The notes below the pieces were generated by a model that was given only the letters and a program-made list of their open reading frames with translations, did not search any database and was not told where the DNA came from. A DNA stretch of 19,453 nt, from positions 1 through 19,453 of the forward strand of contig JAWXCN010000265.1 of the NCBI GenBank assembly GCA_034408725.1, given 5' to 3'. Source of the stretch: Candidatus Hydrogenedentota bacterium (GTDB taxonomy: Bacteria > Hydrogenedentota > Hydrogenedentia > Hydrogenedentales > SLHB01). The translations under genes and the position numbers were made by a program. This document shows positions 1 through 7,886 of the stretch, one piece after another (positions within the stretch are counted from its first letter, which is position 1; every line of letters begins with the position of its first letter).

Positions 1-871
1 CATCAAACGCCTGCTCGAACGCCGTCGTGCGAATCGGCTCGAACAGCGCGTCGCCCGCGGCAATCATCCCGCCGCACAACACCACCATCTCCGGATTCAA
101 CAAATTAACCAAACTGCCTATGGCCGTGCCAAGCCAAATGCCGGTCTCGCGCATGACCCAACCCGCAAACTCGTCCCCCTTCGCAAGAGCATCTGAAATC
201 ATCTTGCCGTCAATCCGCTCGACGTCACCGCCGCACATGTCCATGAGCATCGTCTTGCGTCCGGACTCGATTCCTTCGACCGCGGTGTGTACCAATCCCG
301 TCGCGGATGCATACTGTTCGAGGCAACCGCGCGACCCGCAATTGCATTGGCGTCCGCCGCGCGATACGCACATATGTCCGATCTCGCCAGCAGTGCCGTC
401 TGGCCCTCTCAATAGTTTTCCGAAAACGACAATCCCGCCGCCGACACCCGTGCCGAGAGTCACGCACACCATCGAATCAACTTCGCGTCCCGCGCCGGAC
501 CAGAATTCCCCCCAGCACGCGACGTTCGCATCGTTATCAACATACGTCGGGACATTGAGCCTTTTGCGCATGAGTTCCGCGAGCGGCACGTCCTCCCATC
601 CCGGCAAATTCGGCGGACTAAATACAACGCCGGTGCGCCAGTTCATCGGGCCAGGCGCTCCAATGCCAACCGCAAGCAAGGCGCTCGGATCAACGTTTGC
701 ATGCTCCAACGCGACGTCGAGACTTTCAGCCATCGTATCCAGCACCGCATCCAAACCCGCTTCGGAATGTGTTGGCCGCGAATCCTGGCCAAGTAAATCG
801 CCATTGCGCGCGACGATCGCCGTCTTCACGTTCGTACCACCCAGATCGATTCCCGCTACCACCAGATTCAT
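1..871 (-). CDS. ROK family sugar kinase (glucokinase-like), runs off window start
   Basis: Not in the ORF track; translated by hand from ATG at 871: MNLVVAGIDLGGTNVKTAIV...VGIGAPGP...VDNDANVACWGE...TLGTGVGGG...AGEIGHM...CNCGSRGCLEQYAS. These are the ROK ATP-binding, sugar-binding and Cys-rich Zn motifs. ATGA overlap with the gltX stop. Confidence 0.95.
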   Translation of the reverse strand, partial: MNLVVAGIDLGGTNVKTAIVARNGDLLGQDSRPTHSEAGLDAVLDTMAESLDVALEHANVDPSALLAVGIGAPGPMNWRTGVVFSPPNLPGWEDVPLAELMRKRLNVPTYVDNDANVACWGEFWSGAGREVDSMVCVTLGTGVGGGIVVFGKLLRGPDGTAGEIGHMCVSRGGRQCNCGSRGCLEQYASATGLVHTAVEGIESGRKTMLMDMCGGDVERIDGKMISDALAKGDEFAGWVMRETGIWLGTAIGSLVNLLNPEMVVLCGGMIAAGDALFEPIRTTAFEQAFD

Positions 872-2337
872 ACGCGCGCCCCCACGAAAGCGATTGCAGC
901 ATCAAGCCTGTTCAGCGATTCATCCTTGTCGAGAAGTTCGGTCAACTCGAATAATCCAGGGCCAACACTCTTTCCCGTCAATGCCAACCGCGTGGAATGA
1001 ACGAACTGTCCCAACGCTCCCCCGCTTTCCGCGGTCAGAAGTTCGAACGCGGACTTCAACGTTTCAACATTCCATAATTCAATTTCGGAGAGAACCGCCC
1101 GTATGTGCTCCAGATTCTCCATCGCGCCGGCTTTGCCCCATTGCTTCGTCACTGCCTTTTCCTCATACGATGCTGGAACAAGAAAAAAGAAATCGGTGTA
1201 TGCCACAATCTCATTCAATGTCGGAATCTTCTCCTGGCATATCGCCGCCATCCGTGTAAGCCAGTCCGTTGTCTTGGACCTGGTATCGAACCCGGCTTTC
1301 TCCAGTATCGGCACAACTTTGTCGCGAAGCTGCTCTGGCGTGAGCATGCGAATGTGCTGGCCATTCAACCATTGCAACTTTTTCAAATCGAACTTTGCGG
1401 CGGACTTACCCAAACGGTCCAGCGTAAACGCCTCGATTAACTCGCCGCGTGTAAACAGCTCGCGTCCTTCTTCCTCCGGGGTCCACCCCAACAAAACAAG
1501 GTAGTTCACGATGGTCTCGGGCAAATACCCGTCTTCACGCCAATCCAACACATTCGCGCCGTGCAACCGTTTGCTGTATTTCTTGCCGGAATCATCGAGC
1601 ACCATCGGCAGATGCGCAAAAGCCGGCAGTTTGTAACCCAGCGCATTGAACAACAGCACGTGCCGGAACGCGTTCGTCAGATGATCATCACCGCGCATGA
1701 CATGGGATATTTCCATCAACCCGTCATCCACCACCACGGCAAGATGAAATACCGGATCGCCGTTGGGCTTCACGATGATGAAATCATCGATCTCTTTGTT
1801 CTCGACGCGCACCGTCCCCTGCACCAAATCTTCAATCGTAGTCGCGCCCTCCGGCACGCGGAACCGTACGCTGTAAGGTCGGCCACCAATTGCTGCAATT
1901 TGGACGTCGGTCAAGTCACGGCACTTCCGGTTATACCGCGGTGGGCGTTTCTCCGCCTGCGAGCGCGCGCGTTCCGCATCGAGCTCTTCTTTGGTGCAAA
2001 AACATTTGTACGCGGCCCCCTCCGCTATCAATCGCGCGCCCTCGCGCCGGTGAATCTCTACACGCTCGGATTGCTTGTACGGACCATGACCGCCGCGTTC
2101 CCCCTCGCCGCCGAATGCGGGCCCCTCGTCCCAATCAATCCCCAACCACTGCAACGCCTCGCACACTATGTCCGCATAGTGGTCCTCGCTTCGTTCAGTA
2201 TCAGTGTCCTCCAATCGGAGAATAAACGTCCCTCCGGATCTCCGCGCATACAGCCAGTTGATCAGCGCGGTCTTGGCATTCCCGATATGAAAAAAACCCG
2301 TCGGCGACGGCGCAATACGGACACGAATGGCACTCAT
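868..2337 (-). CDS. gltX: Glutamate--tRNA ligase
   Basis: RIAPSPTGFFHIGN (HIGH), RLEDTD, CFC...YNRKC Zn-type motif, KKYSKR (KMSKS), C-terminal RLALTGKSVGPGLFE anticodon-binding domain. Confidence 0.98.
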   Translation of the reverse strand: MSAIRVRIAPSPTGFFHIGNAKTALINWLYARRSGGTFILRLEDTDTERSEDHYADIVCEALQWLGIDWDEGPAFGGEGERGGHGPYKQSERVEIHRREGARLIAEGAAYKCFCTKEELDAERARSQAEKRPPRYNRKCRDLTDVQIAAIGGRPYSVRFRVPEGATTIEDLVQGTVRVENKEIDDFIIVKPNGDPVFHLAVVVDDGLMEISHVMRGDDHLTNAFRHVLLFNALGYKLPAFAHLPMVLDDSGKKYSKRLHGANVLDWREDGYLPETIVNYLVLLGWTPEEEGRELFTRGELIEAFTLDRLGKSAAKFDLKKLQWLNGQHIRMLTPEQLRDKVVPILEKAGFDTRSKTTDWLTRMAAICQEKIPTLNEIVAYTDFFFLVPASYEEKAVTKQWGKAGAMENLEHIRAVLSEIELWNVETLKSAFELLTAESGGALGQFVHSTRLALTGKSVGPGLFELTELLDKDESLNRLDAAIAFVGARV

Positions 2338-2416
2338 TTTATGAATCTTTTCCGGTTAGACAAAAGGAAACAAAGTATACACACGGCAGGCGGGAATAAC
2401 ATCCACTTGGAGCGGT

Positions 2417-2798
2417 TCAATCTTGGCTATAGGGCCGATGGTCCTTGTTCAACAACCCAGAGAGCGAAAGCACGCGATTCGACCATACATCCGCGGACTC
2501 CTGCATGCTTTTGCGGCTCGGCGGGTCATTCCACAGCGCATCAAAGTTCAGTTGCCATTGCGCCAACTGGCATCGTAATTCGCTCAACTCAGTAGCTACA
2601 TCCACTTTCAGGTCCGAATTGGTCCACTCTATGAAATACTTGCTTTCATCAATAACCGATTCGACGACCTGTTTACCGTCCGCGTTCTTGCAAAAGGACT
2701 TCACGCGCGCCAGATTCGCGGCGATTCCCCCTAGCCGAACCGGGAACCCCGTCGCGTAAATAGCGTTGCCGAATCCGTTGATGCTGTTCCGGTGTCAT
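2417..2798 (-). pseudogene. Frameshifted helical hypothetical protein, partner of the DUF5674 gene
   Basis: ATG at 2798 (ATGA overlap with the upstream stop) reads MTPEQHQRIRQRYLRDGVP. After one extra base near 2741 it continues VRLGGIAANLARVKSF...ESKYFIEWT...VLSLSGLL in the 2417..2704 frame. Resembles from memory a conserved hypothetical found beside DUF5674 genes. Confidence 0.75.
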
Positions 2799-3130
2799 GG
2801 ATTCCCCAAAAGCCGAATAACGATTCGCTCGATATCCGCTCTCAAATCCTCGTCCAACGCTTTCATGGATGGATTATTCTGTCCAGGCCGAATATTGATC
2901 AAAGACTGAAACTCGACCTCATGGCTTTTTGGATCCCAATCCGCGCCCCAGATGTCACGTTGTTTCGATCCCAAATTCAGCAATGCCGACTCGCAGTCCG
3001 CATGCATTTCACCGCCACCGGTCAAAATCCCGAGCCTGGTATCCACGGCAAGTTTTATTTAACTTCCCAGCGTGTCCATCATGTCTGCAATTTATTGTAC
3101 GGTAGCCAACTCGCGGATGATGCAAATCAT
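2795..3130 (-). pseudogene. DUF5674-family protein with two in-frame TAA stops
   Basis: From ATG 3130: MICIIRELATVQ*IADMMDTLGS*IKLAVDTRLGILTGGGEMHADCE...DIWGADW...FQSLINIRP. Stops are at 3092-3094 and 3059-3061. HADCE, IWGA and SLINIRP are motifs I recognise as DUF5674. Confidence 0.8.
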
Positions 3131-3166
3131 GTATGTAACCCTTGGTGCCTTATCTCGTTAACGGTA

Positions 3167-3547
3167 CTATACCTCATTCGACTCCGGCGCCGTCGATACC
3201 CCGGTAATGGCATTCTTCCCATCCACATGCACAATCTTTGGCGCATACGCTTTGGCTTCTTCCCTCGACATTTGCGCATACGTCAGCACTATCACCATGT
3301 CCCCAACATGCCCCAACCGCGCAGCCGCGCCATTCAGGCACACCACCTTGCTTCCCCGCTTCCCCGAGATCGCATACGTCTCGAAGCGCGCGCCGTTGTT
3401 GATGTTCACCACCGTCACCTTCTCGTGCGGAAAAATGTCCGCCGCTTCCATCAGTTCGGGGTCGAGCGTCAAACTGCCGACATAATTCAAATCGGCCTGC
3501 GTCACTGTCGCCCGATGAATCTTGCTCTTCAACATGGTCAGCAACAT
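3167..3547 (-). CDS. panD: Aspartate 1-decarboxylase
   Basis: [19 protein letters not shown] (Gly-Ser self-cleavage site), [15 protein letters not shown]. Confidence 0.98.
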   Translation of the reverse strand: MLLTMLKSKIHRATVTQADLNYVGSLTLDPELMEAADIFPHEKVTVVNINNGARFETYAISGKRGSKVVCLNGAAARLGHVGDMVIVLTYAQMSREEAKAYAPKIVHVDGKNAITGVSTAPESNEV

Positions 3548-4389
3548 TTCTGGGGCACCTCGAATGTAATGTTGTCGATCAACCGCGTTTCACCAACAAA
3601 CGCGGCCACCGCCAATACCACCGGTTTCTCAATGGTCTCCACAGGTTGCATTGTCTCCGCATCGGCCAGCTCAACGTAGCCAATCCGCACGTCCGCCATT
3701 CCTCTGCGAACCGCATCCACGATATACCGCGCATTGCGCTCCCCCGCCTGCATCACGCGATCAGCCTCAAACAACGAACGCGACAGGCACAGCGCGCGCT
3801 CCCGCTCTTCCGCATTCAAATATCGATTGCGCGAACTCATCGCCAATCCATCAGGTTCCCGGACCGTCGGCATCACCACAATCTCAATCCCAAACTCCAG
3901 GTCCCGCGTCATCCGCCGAATTACCGCGCATTGCTGCGCGTCTTTTTGCCCGAAATATGCGCGATGCGGCCGCACCACGTTAAACAGTTTTGTAACCACC
4001 GTCGCAACGCCCCGAAAGAAAACAGGGCGCGACTCCCCGCACAACCCTTCCGAAACTCCTTCAACATTCACATACGTCGCGTAACCCGCGGGATATATCT
4101 TGTCGTTCGACGGCGCGTAGACTGCCTGTATTCCACAGTCCGCGCACATCGCCACGTCCGCGTCGAATGTGCGTGGATACTTTGAAAAATCCTCGTGCGG
4201 CGCAAACTGCGCGGGGTTCACAAAAATGCTCGCTACGGCAACATCATTGCCCGCCGACGCCGCCCGCATCAGGCTCGCGTGGCCTTCGTGTAGAGCGCCC
4301 ATAGTCGGCGCCAGCCCGATTGTCTTGCCCGCGCACTGGCGTTCCCCGGACCAAGCCCGCATTGCGTCCGCTGTCTCCAAAATCTTCAT
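3538..4389 (-). CDS. panC: Pantoate--beta-alanine ligase
   Basis: [45 protein letters not shown]. Confidence 0.98.
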   Translation of the reverse strand: MKILETADAMRAWSGERQCAGKTIGLAPTMGALHEGHASLMRAASAGNDVAVASIFVNPAQFAPHEDFSKYPRTFDADVAMCADCGIQAVYAPSNDKIYPAGYATYVNVEGVSEGLCGESRPVFFRGVATVVTKLFNVVRPHRAYFGQKDAQQCAVIRRMTRDLEFGIEIVVMPTVREPDGLAMSSRNRYLNAEERERALCLSRSLFEADRVMQAGERNARYIVDAVRRGMADVRIGYVELADAETMQPVETIEKPVVLAVAAFVGETRLIDNITFEVPQKCC

Positions 4390-5183
4390 TCGAAGGACTG
4401 CTCCGCCGCCGGAAACGCGCCAGACCTCACTTCCCGCACGTAGTCCTCAAACGCGCCCTTCATCGCCGCGCCCACATCGAAATAAACTTTTGAAAATTTC
4501 GTGTACTTGCCCATGCCCAGCATGTCGTGCATCACCAGCACCTGCCCGTCGCAATCTGGTCCCGCGCCAATCCCAATCGTCGGGATCGAAATCGTTTCCG
4601 TAATCTCCTTCGCCAAACTCGCCGGCACACATTCGAGCACGAGCGCAAAGCAGCCTATCGCCTCTAGCCCCTTCGCCTCCTCGATCAACCGCGCGCGGCC
4701 CTCCGGATCGCGTCCCTGCACCTTGTAACCGCCGATTTGGTGAATGGATTGCGGCTGCAACCCAATATGACCCATGACCGGAATGCTCGCGTCCAATATC
4801 GCCTGGATGGTTCTTCCAAAAGTTTTCGCCGGCCCTTCAAGTTTAATGGCCTGCGCGCACGCCTCGGCAACCAAGCGTCCTGCATTGCGCACTGCTTCCT
4901 CGGGGCTGATGTGGTAGGAGAGAAACGGCATGTCCGCAATTACCAGCGCGCGCGTCACGGCGGACGACACCAGCTTCGTGTGATGGAGCATCTCCTCCAT
5001 TGTCACGCCAAGGGTGTTGTCCCGGCCCATGACCACCATCCCGCAGGAATCGCCTACAAGGATCGCGTCTACGCCGGATTCGTCGAGAATCTTCGCGGTA
5101 GGAAAATCGTAGCCTGTAAGCACGGCGATCTTCTCGCCGGCCTTCTTGCGGTCGCGCAAAGCGCCCGCAGACACACGGGGCAT
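4386..5183 (-). CDS. panB: 3-methyl-2-oxobutanoate hydroxymethyltransferase
   Basis: LTGYD, ILVGDS, ADMPFLSY, KLEG, MGHIGL, TIGIGAGPDCDGQVLV; AGGAG 8 nt upstream of the ATG. Confidence 0.98.
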   Translation of the reverse strand: MPRVSAGALRDRKKAGEKIAVLTGYDFPTAKILDESGVDAILVGDSCGMVVMGRDNTLGVTMEEMLHHTKLVSSAVTRALVIADMPFLSYHISPEEAVRNAGRLVAEACAQAIKLEGPAKTFGRTIQAILDASIPVMGHIGLQPQSIHQIGGYKVQGRDPEGRARLIEEAKGLEAIGCFALVLECVPASLAKEITETISIPTIGIGAGPDCDGQVLVMHDMLGMGKYTKFSKVYFDVGAAMKGAFEDYVREVRSGAFPAAEQSFE

Positions 5184-5191
5184 TCCTCGTT

Positions 5192-5315
5192 CTCCTGAAC
5201 CGTGACGATGCCGTCCCGGTCCCTGTAGGGCTCCAAGCGGAGCGGTTCAGAAGTCTTATAGTGCAACGCACTCGAATCCGGGTCAGGGCAAAAATCCCTG
5301 CCCAAGCGCGTCGCA
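5192..5315 (-). ncRNA. pan RNA motif-like tandem hairpin leader of panBCD
   Basis: Two hairpins share CGCUUGG...A-CC(C/G)GG-A with bulged A residues: 5315-5262 (UGCGACGCGCUUGGGCAGGG-loop-CCCUGACCCGGAUUCGAGUGCGUUGCA) and 5240-5211 (CCGCUUGGAGCCCUACAGGGACCGGGACGG). They lie directly 5' of panB, the typical location of the pan motif. Confidence 0.8.
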
Positions 5316-5321
5316 TAAAAA

Positions 5322-5330
5322 ATATTACCA
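5322..5330 (-). promoter_or_regulatory. Extended -10 promoter for the pan operon
   Basis: Minus strand TGgTAATAT; the predicted start near 5315 coincides with the first base of leader hairpin 1. Confidence 0.6.
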
Positions 5331-5412
5331 TACTCTTGGAAAACTTAAAAATTTGTTAATTCCCTCGGATTCTGCTCCCATTCCACTCGCATTAACTCGG
5401 GAGAAAAATAGG

Positions 5413-6183
5413 ATGAATTCTGAGGCTGAGGGGATATTGGAACCGGCACCACCCCTGTTCGTTGCGACTGTCAAGCGACGCATCCTCGCAGTCTACTTCG
5501 ATATGGTCATCTTTGGCGCCATGTGGTTTGTGGTCGCCTATTTTGTCGAACAGGCGTTGTCTATTATTTTGCCGGGTTACGCGCAGATTATCAGCTTCGT
5601 TGTTGTAGAGATTCTTGCGTACCGAGTGGCTGTTTCGCCTGGCTTTGCGTTGCTGAGCATTTACCCAATTCAGTTGGAACGCGGACAGGAAGGAAAGGGA
5701 AAAAGAATTCTGCTAGTCGATCCTAGAATTAAACCATTTGAAACCTGGCTAGGCATGATAACAGCATCACTATTCTTGCTGGATGGTGCAAAGAGTCTCG
5801 CGCGATGGACCCTTGGACTTCCCGCATTGCCGCTCTTCGGTTATGCCACCCCAGTGGTAAATATCGCCGCTGGGATCGTTTATTTCATCATCGCGTATTA
5901 TATATTCAAATCGCGTAAACGCGGTACGCGAATGGCGTTCGCGTGGATGGCTGCATGGGTATTCTACGTGTGCGTCATGTGGAACCGATGGGGGCAATGG
6001 TTCCTGGGTTATCAACGCGCACGACGTGAACTGTCCGGTAGGCCATTCCCTCCAGAGCGCATGGAAGACCTGCAAAAGTTTGTCGATACGTATCAGGGAT
6101 TAATGCCGATTTCGCTCGTGATTGGCGCTGGGATTTGTGCAATCCTCATTTATTTTGTCCATCGGAAAATGCGATATGAGTAA
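5413..6183 (+). CDS. Integral membrane protein with RDD-like N-terminus
   Basis: KRRILAVYFD and SPGFALLSI resemble the RDD RRxxAxxxD and TPGK..L motifs; several hydrophobic segments. ATG 5413 preferred over TTG 5353. Confidence 0.65.
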   Translation: MNSEAEGILEPAPPLFVATVKRRILAVYFDMVIFGAMWFVVAYFVEQALSIILPGYAQIISFVVVEILAYRVAVSPGFALLSIYPIQLERGQEGKGKRILLVDPRIKPFETWLGMITASLFLLDGAKSLARWTLGLPALPLFGYATPVVNIAAGIVYFIIAYYIFKSRKRGTRMAFAWMAAWVFYVCVMWNRWGQWFLGYQRARRELSGRPFPPERMEDLQKFVDTYQGLMPISLVIGAGICAILIYFVHRKMRYE

Positions 6184-6205
6184 TTGATTAGACGATCTTT
6201 CCAAA

Positions 6206-6709
6206 TTAAGTGAGCATTCCAAGGTCGCCGGCAAAAAGGTTGACCACGCCTTCATCACCACATTCCGCAGCCAGGTCCGCGACTTTTGTGTTCACGGCCG
6301 GATCAACTGCCTCGGGCGCAATTTCCGTCAGCGGTATGAGCACAAACGCGCGTTCGCGGTATGCGGGGTGGGGAATGGTTAAGCGCGCGTCGTGATACAC
6401 CAAATCGTCCCACAGAATAATGTCGATATCGATCAACCGCGGTCCCCAACGTCGTGTCGGCTTCCGGCCAAGCGCCGATTCAATGTGCTTCAAGCAGTCG
6501 AGTAAAACCGGCGGCGAAAGACTAGTCTCGATCCCCACCGCGATATTCAGAAAGTCGCCTTGGTCAACATCCCCGACGGGCGCGGTCTCGTACACGCGTG
6601 ACACCTTCGTCATCGTGATGTCATCAGTGGACGCCAAAAGCCGCAGCGCGTCGTGCAGGTTCTTCTCGCGATCACCAAGATTGGCGCCCATGCTCAAATA
6701 AACGGCCAT
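6206..6709 (-). CDS. folK: 2-amino-4-hydroxy-6-hydroxymethyldihydropteridine diphosphokinase
   Basis: MAVYLSMGANLGDR, SRVYETAP, FLN, RWGPRLIDIDI, LTIPHP, ERAFVLIPL. Start placed at ATG 6709 where the family begins. Confidence 0.97.
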   Translation of the reverse strand: MAVYLSMGANLGDREKNLHDALRLLASTDDITMTKVSRVYETAPVGDVDQGDFLNIAVGIETSLSPPVLLDCLKHIESALGRKPTRRWGPRLIDIDIILWDDLVYHDARLTIPHPAYRERAFVLIPLTEIAPEAVDPAVNTKVADLAAECGDEGVVNLFAGDLGMLT

Positions 6710-6715
6710 CCGCAA

Positions 6716-6724
6716 ATGATAGCA
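6716..6724 (-). promoter_or_regulatory. Extended -10 promoter for a probably leaderless folK
   Basis: TGcTATCAT followed by 6 nt and then the ATG; no Shine-Dalgarno in between. Confidence 0.55.
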
Positions 6725-6790
6725 CTTGCACCCCCTCGAAATGCGCATGCCCGGTGTGACAATATCATTCATTGTTGAGGGGCACATATC

Positions 6791-7411
6791 ATGCGCATCG
6801 AGGGCTGGAAAATTACCGGAGCCATATTCGTCGCCACCGCAGCCATGATCGTCGCGACAATTTCCTGGCTAGGATTCAACGAAGCGGCGATCCGGCTGCT
6901 GGTGCGCAATACTGCCCGGATTTCAGTTACGTTGTTCCTCCTCGCGTTTACGGCGTCCAGTTTGCAGTACTTCTTTCGCGCGCAATGGTCGCGGTATCTC
7001 CTCAAAAATCGCCGCTATATCGGTGTGTCGTTCGCTATGGAGCATACGGTCCATTTCCTGTGTCTTGTGGTGTTGTTTGTGTGGTTTCCTGATCCGTTCC
7101 GCGCGGCGTTGTTGCCCGTAACGCTTATTGGCGGTGGACTGGCCTATGTTTTCATTGCTCTGATGACCCTGAGGTCCTTTGATCGCACCGCCGCAATGAT
7201 CGGTCCACGCGCGTGGCGCGCGCTGCACACCGTCGGCGCGTATTACATCTGGGTGCTGTTCGCGCAGAGCTATTTTCCGCGCGCGTGGAAAGACGTCTGG
7301 TACATACCGTTTGCCGCGATGCTGGTTGGCGGGTTGATGCTGCGGATAGCCGCTGCGTTGGCGCGACGCAGCCGCGCCCAGCTCACGGATGCTGTCGCCG
7401 AACGCGCATAA
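6791..7411 (+). CDS. Ferric reductase-like transmembrane protein (MsrQ/YedZ-like)
   Basis: About 6 hydrophobic helices; NRRYIGVSFAMEHTVH and WRALH match the RRxLG...H...WxxLH heme-binding pattern. Confidence 0.75.
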   Translation: MRIEGWKITGAIFVATAAMIVATISWLGFNEAAIRLLVRNTARISVTLFLLAFTASSLQYFFRAQWSRYLLKNRRYIGVSFAMEHTVHFLCLVVLFVWFPDPFRAALLPVTLIGGGLAYVFIALMTLRSFDRTAAMIGPRAWRALHTVGAYYIWVLFAQSYFPRAWKDVWYIPFAAMLVGGLMLRIAAALARRSRAQLTDAVAERA

Positions 7412-7427
7412 AATGAGGATATTGACG

Positions 7428-7886
7428 ATGTCTGATCGCATTTCCTATCACAAAATCGCCCCAAACAGCGCCACAGCGTTGCTTGCGCAAAAGAAATACA
7501 TAGACTCGTGTAGCATCGACCCAAAACTCCGCTATCTCGTCGAACTGCGCGTATCCCAGATCAACGGGTGCGTCTATTGTTGCGACAAACATTCGCAGGA
7601 AGCCCGTAGCGTCGGTGAAACACAGCAGCGTCTCGACTGTCTGCCCGCATGGCGTGATTGCGCCTTTTTTGATGAACGGGAAAAAGCCGCGCTCGACTGG
7701 GCGGAGTCGCTGACGTATATCTCGAAAACGGGCGCGCCCGATGAAACCTACAACGCCCTGCACAATCACTTCTCCGAGATCGAAATCGTGGACCTCACTC
7801 ACATTATCGCGATGATGAACCTGTGGAACCGGCTCGCAGTGGCTTTCCGGATGCCGGTCGCGCCGCGCAAGGTTAAGAACGATTGA
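7428..7886 (+). CDS. Carboxymuconolactone decarboxylase / AhpD family protein
   Basis: LVELRVSQINGCVYCCDKH, EREKAALDWAESLT, MNLWNRL; GAGG upstream of ATG 7428. Confidence 0.92.
   Translation: MSDRISYHKIAPNSATALLAQKKYIDSCSIDPKLRYLVELRVSQINGCVYCCDKHSQEARSVGETQQRLDCLPAWRDCAFFDEREKAALDWAESLTYISKTGAPDETYNALHNHFSEIEIVDLTHIIAMMNLWNRLAVAFRMPVAPRKVKND

Noticed and set aside
27-1259. 410-aa plus-strand ORF
   Set aside because: Antisense shadow of the ROK kinase and gltX; Ser/Pro-rich with no motifs.
2374-2379. TATACT -10 upstream of gltX
   Set aside because: Plausible, but it has no supporting -35 or TGn extension, so it is not listed as a feature.
1561-2595. 344-aa plus-strand ORF (and the similar 2792..3679)
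   Set aside because: Antisense to gltX or to panD/DUF5674; typical high-GC shadow ORFs.
3059-3094. TAA stop-codon reassignment explaining the two in-frame stops
   Set aside because: The two positions would need different amino acids (Gln and Tyr), and TAA ends other genes normally here (folK, the RDD-like gene, the BNR-like gene).
6710-6787. Longer folK start at 6787
   Set aside because: The family begins at MAVYLS (6709), and the extension covers the promoter region.
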